27,325 bases of DNA, from IMG/VR virus record IMGVR_UViG_3300033475_000130, positions 1-27,325 of that record; one strand, written 5' to 3'. Origin of the DNA: a virus (lineage: Duplodnaviria > Caudoviricetes). This document shows, piece after piece, positions 24,719-27,325 of the stretch; within the stretch, counting starts at the first letter, position 1, and each line of letters begins with the position of its first letter. Position numbers and translations under genes: made by a program. The notes under the pieces were generated by a model. It saw only the letters and a program-made list of their open reading frames with translations. It had not been told where the DNA came from and did no database searches.

Positions 24719-25817
24719 CCGCCCGAAGCCAGAATATGTGCAGTTCCGAAAGGGGCGGTGGTACTGGGAGCCATCGAAGCGGCTCAGGGTTGAGCACGGC
24801 CTAGAGACGAAGCCTCTGGGCGCCGACAAGGGAGCCGCTTGGGCCTATGCCGAAAAGCTCAATGCCCATGCCCGCCAGCTCGGCCCCGGTAAAGGCTCTC
24901 CGGGCAGCGTGGAGTGGATTTTCGAGCAGTTCTTCCTGACGGAGAAATTCACCAGCCTCGGTGCCACGACGCAGCGCGACTATCGCTGGATCCTCCGCAT
25001 GCTGGCCAAGGTAGATTTTGCCGGCAAATCTGTTGCCGCCCGGGGCGCCAGGTCAATCAAACCGCGCCACGCCGACTCTATTTTCGCGCTGCTACGCGAC
25101 AAGCACAGTCCGGCAGCGGCGCACTACGCCGCGCGCGTGTGCCGGCGCATTTGGAAGTGGGCAGCTCGGAAGGAGTTTGTGGACTCTTATCCTAATCCTT
25201 GGGCTGGAATGGAGCTGCCGACGGCGCCGGCGCGGGATCAGGTTTGGTCCGAGGACCAGGTGCGCGCAGTCATCGCCGCCTCCCTGGAGCACAAGAGGCC
25301 GTCCGTAGGTCTGGCGGTGCTGCTTGCCTATTGGATCGGCCACCGCCAGGGCGACATTCTGACGCTGACCTGGGAGCAGCTGGATGCTCAGATCAGGATG
25401 ACGGCCAAGACCGGCCGGCGCGTGCCGGTAGTGGCCGACGCCTATCCCGAGCTCGCCACAGCCCTCGAGGTCGAGCGAGAGCGGCAGCGCGAGCTGCTTC
25501 GGGAGGGCAACATCGAGGTGCTGGAGACCGTCGTCATCTGCGAGCCGACACTGCAGCCATGGAACCGCTGGACGTTCGGTCGGACGTTTCGGGAGATTGC
25601 GCGCGCCGCCGGCATTCCCGATGGGCTGCAGTTCCGCGACCTGCGCGCGACCGCTCAGACAGAGCTTGCTGACGCCGGTGCCAGCATCCTGGAGATGGGC
25701 ACCCATAGCGCCCACACGACAGTGCAAATGGCCCGGCGATATGCCCGGCCGACGGCCGCTCAGTTTCGCTCTGCCGCGCAGAAACGCCTGGCAGGCAAGG
25801 CAGAAGTGGACAGCTAG
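24705..25817 (+). CDS. int: Tyrosine recombinase (phage integrase)
   Basis: GHRQGDILTLTW (R), TAKT (K), QFRDLRAT (RxxR in place of HxxR), SAHTTVQMARRY (H, Y); TTG start uncertain. Confidence 0.93.
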   Translation: MATGDRPKPEYVQFRKGRWYWEPSKRLRVEHGLETKPLGADKGAAWAYAEKLNAHARQLGPGKGSPGSVEWIFEQFFLTEKFTSLGATTQRDYRWILRMLAKVDFAGKSVAARGARSIKPRHADSIFALLRDKHSPAAAHYAARVCRRIWKWAARKEFVDSYPNPWAGMELPTAPARDQVWSEDQVRAVIAASLEHKRPSVGLAVLLAYWIGHRQGDILTLTWEQLDAQIRMTAKTGRRVPVVADAYPELATALEVERERQRELLREGNIEVLETVVICEPTLQPWNRWTFGRTFREIARAAGIPDGLQFRDLRATAQTELADAGASILEMGTHSAHTTVQMARRYARPTAAQFRSAAQKRLAGKAEVDS

Positions 25818-26773
25818 GCCGAGCCTACTTTGCGGAAAATAAGCAAAGGAGTGACAGCATGCATCTCATCTGTTCTGCCAACTTGTCTTAGCATGGGCCC
25901 ATAACCCACCGCACTTTTTAAGAGTTGAGCACCGTTGATACTGAACTCATCTGCTATTTTCTCGATGTCAATCGCGTGCTTGTCGGGCCGCGCATCGTAG
26001 ATGCCAAGAACAGCCCACTTTCCCTGTAAAATTGGCCCATGGGTCATAAGTAGGTCTGTTACGGGAACGACTAAGTTCTCGGGTCTGATGGAGCAGAAAA
26101 CCAGATCTCCCGGGTCAGTCCGCACTCTCATATGAACCGTCCTCGGAAGGCCGTGCAGAAGCTCCAACGTTAAGCGGGCATCTCGTTCGGCTCTTTTTTT
26201 GCGAGGCGTTCCCGCAAGTTGGTTAAAATCTTTATCACCATACAGCTTTAACCCCTGTCGTTCCTCGACCATTTTCTGAGCGATGGAGCTCAGAACGTGA
26301 GCCTTTATGTCTGTAGTCGAGAGAGCAGGCTTCGCGTATTCCGTGTCAATTAGAAGAACTCTGCCTGTAACAACAACTATGGCACCAGAACCGGCGTTGA
26401 CCAGGTCTGGGATGATGCATCCGCGGTCAGCCAGAAGATTAAGCAGATCGACGGCATTGGTCCATGTCGGGTCGATCGTTAGCTCGAGATTGTCGCGACT
26501 GGAGCGGGTGTTATGAAGTGCATAATCAAGCGTGGCTTTAGCGACTAACGCTGATGCGGTGGCATTGAGGCCACCTTCGTGCTGCGTGCTAGAGCTACTC
26601 TCGGTGGAGCGCTTTACCGCTTGCACATGCCCCGACGGATTCAGTTGAGCAAGGAAAGAAGCGACTCGTCGAGCGTCATGATAGAGGAAGTCATAGACGG
26701 AATTTTCTTCCCCTTGGCCGGCCGGATCGCTCAATGAAATCTCTCCGCTCACTAGCTTCCCGACAAATTTCAT
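25814..26773 (-). CDS. Accessory cargo protein (DUF6414-like N-terminus)
   Basis: YDFLYHDARRVASFLAQL..G; C-terminal PLLIFR; visibly AT-richer; opposite orientation to the phage operon; start uncertain. Confidence 0.7.
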   Translation of the reverse strand: MKFVGKLVSGEISLSDPAGQGEENSVYDFLYHDARRVASFLAQLNPSGHVQAVKRSTESSSSTQHEGGLNATASALVAKATLDYALHNTRSSRDNLELTIDPTWTNAVDLLNLLADRGCIIPDLVNAGSGAIVVVTGRVLLIDTEYAKPALSTTDIKAHVLSSIAQKMVEERQGLKLYGDKDFNQLAGTPRKKRAERDARLTLELLHGLPRTVHMRVRTDPGDLVFCSIRPENLVVPVTDLLMTHGPILQGKWAVLGIYDARPDKHAIDIEKIADEFSINGAQLLKSAVGYGPMLRQVGRTDEMHAVTPLLIFRKVGSA

Positions 26774-26900
26774 CGCTTTGCCTGGCGAGCTGCCTAAGCC
26801 TCTCCGGCAGGAGATTTGCTTCTTTTTCTATTTCTCGCAAGAGACGACTATCGCCCTTTTCCGAAGCCCGAGGCGACGGAGAGCCATGCTTTTCCGTCAT
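26691..26900 (-). CDS. Small charged protein overlapping the start of the cargo gene
   Basis: 69 aa, helical/charged, basic C-terminus GRPRGRKFRL; GAGAAGG upstream. Confidence 0.5.
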   Translation of the reverse strand: MTEKHGSPSPRASEKGDSRLLREIEKEANLLPERLRQLARQSDEICREASERRDFIERSGRPRGRKFRL

Positions 26901-27126
26901 AAGTTTTAACCTTCTCGATTATCTCGCGTGAACTAGAGGCGTCCGTCAGAGCTAGCCTCGGTAGTGTAACCCCGGCGCACTATCCACTTCCTGTGTCGGA
27001 CGCTGACAGCCCTGTTTCAGCAAGAACACTAGTATGAGTGAGGCAGAACCTGCAAATCAATCAAAGGCAGATAATCGCCACGACACGACTGCCATCGGTT
27101 GCTCCAGAAAATCAGATACCATCCCT

Positions 27127-27188
27127 GACGGAACTCGCGACGGAACCGCGATTTTGACGGAACCGAGCGACACATCAACTGATTGATT
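27127..27188. promoter_or_regulatory. att arm: integrase arm-type repeats and IHF site
   Basis: GACGGAAC at 27127, 27139 and 27156; - strand AATCAATCAGTTG (27188-27176) fits IHF WATCAANNNNTTR. Confidence 0.65.
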
Positions 27189-27202
27189 TTAATGGGTAAA
27201 AA

Positions 27203-27277
<75 letters not shown>

Positions 27278-27325
27278 GTCGGGGGTCACTTATCCTCATC
27301 CGGCGCGGAGTGCAACACCCCTCGT

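Larger units (their letters stand above)
1..27202. mobile_element. Lambdoid prophage (early/regulatory/packaging half) integrated at tRNA-Thr; continues beyond the left edge
   Basis: Colinear portal-gpW-terL-terS, replication, cro/CI, antirepressor and xis-int genes ending at the 3' end of a tRNA; genes coupled by ATGA/TGATG overlaps. Confidence 0.96.

Noticed and set aside
25625-25655. Integrase inactivated because HxxR reads RDLR
   Set aside because: The other catalytic residues (R, K, R, H, Y) are present, the ORF is intact, and this His position is known to vary among tyrosine recombinases.
27131-27146. LexA box near att
   Set aside because: The spacing is GAAC-N8-GAAC, not N7, and it is better explained as integrase arm repeats.

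Overview
The window holds the early, regulatory and packaging half of a lambdoid prophage in a high-GC bacterium, probably an alphaproteobacterium (inferred from the GapR/DUF2312, Cro-type and DUF6456-type genes). It is integrated at the 3' end of tRNA-Thr(CGT) at 27203-27277 (- strand) and continues past the left edge of the window. From right to left: tRNA/att with arm-type repeats and an IHF site; an AT-richer two-gene cargo cassette; then int and xis at the end of a long + strand early operon (antirepressor, a 9-aa tandem-repeat protein, a beta-clamp-like protein, C5 DNA methyltransferase, DUF4031, ASCH, lipoprotein). Next is an immunity region (CI-like repressor with no autocleavage domain, Cro, two homologous operator/promoter blocks, two accessory genes). 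The - strand operon carries a stand-alone ClpX zinc finger, three membrane microproteins, a cupin, an adenine methyltransferase, GapR, a RusA-like protein and a replication initiator with iterons. Then come a lambda cosQ/cosN-like site, a DUF6456-type regulator, a late promoter, terS, terL (gpA), gpW and the start of the portal. The most unusual items are the 27-nt repeat array that varies at only two adenine-referenced positions, a cos-like site about 2 kb away from terS, the ClpX zinc finger plus microprotein cluster, three HiPIP-like Cys mini-proteins and the cargo pair next to att. All family calls come from motif recognition by eye; no searches were run.
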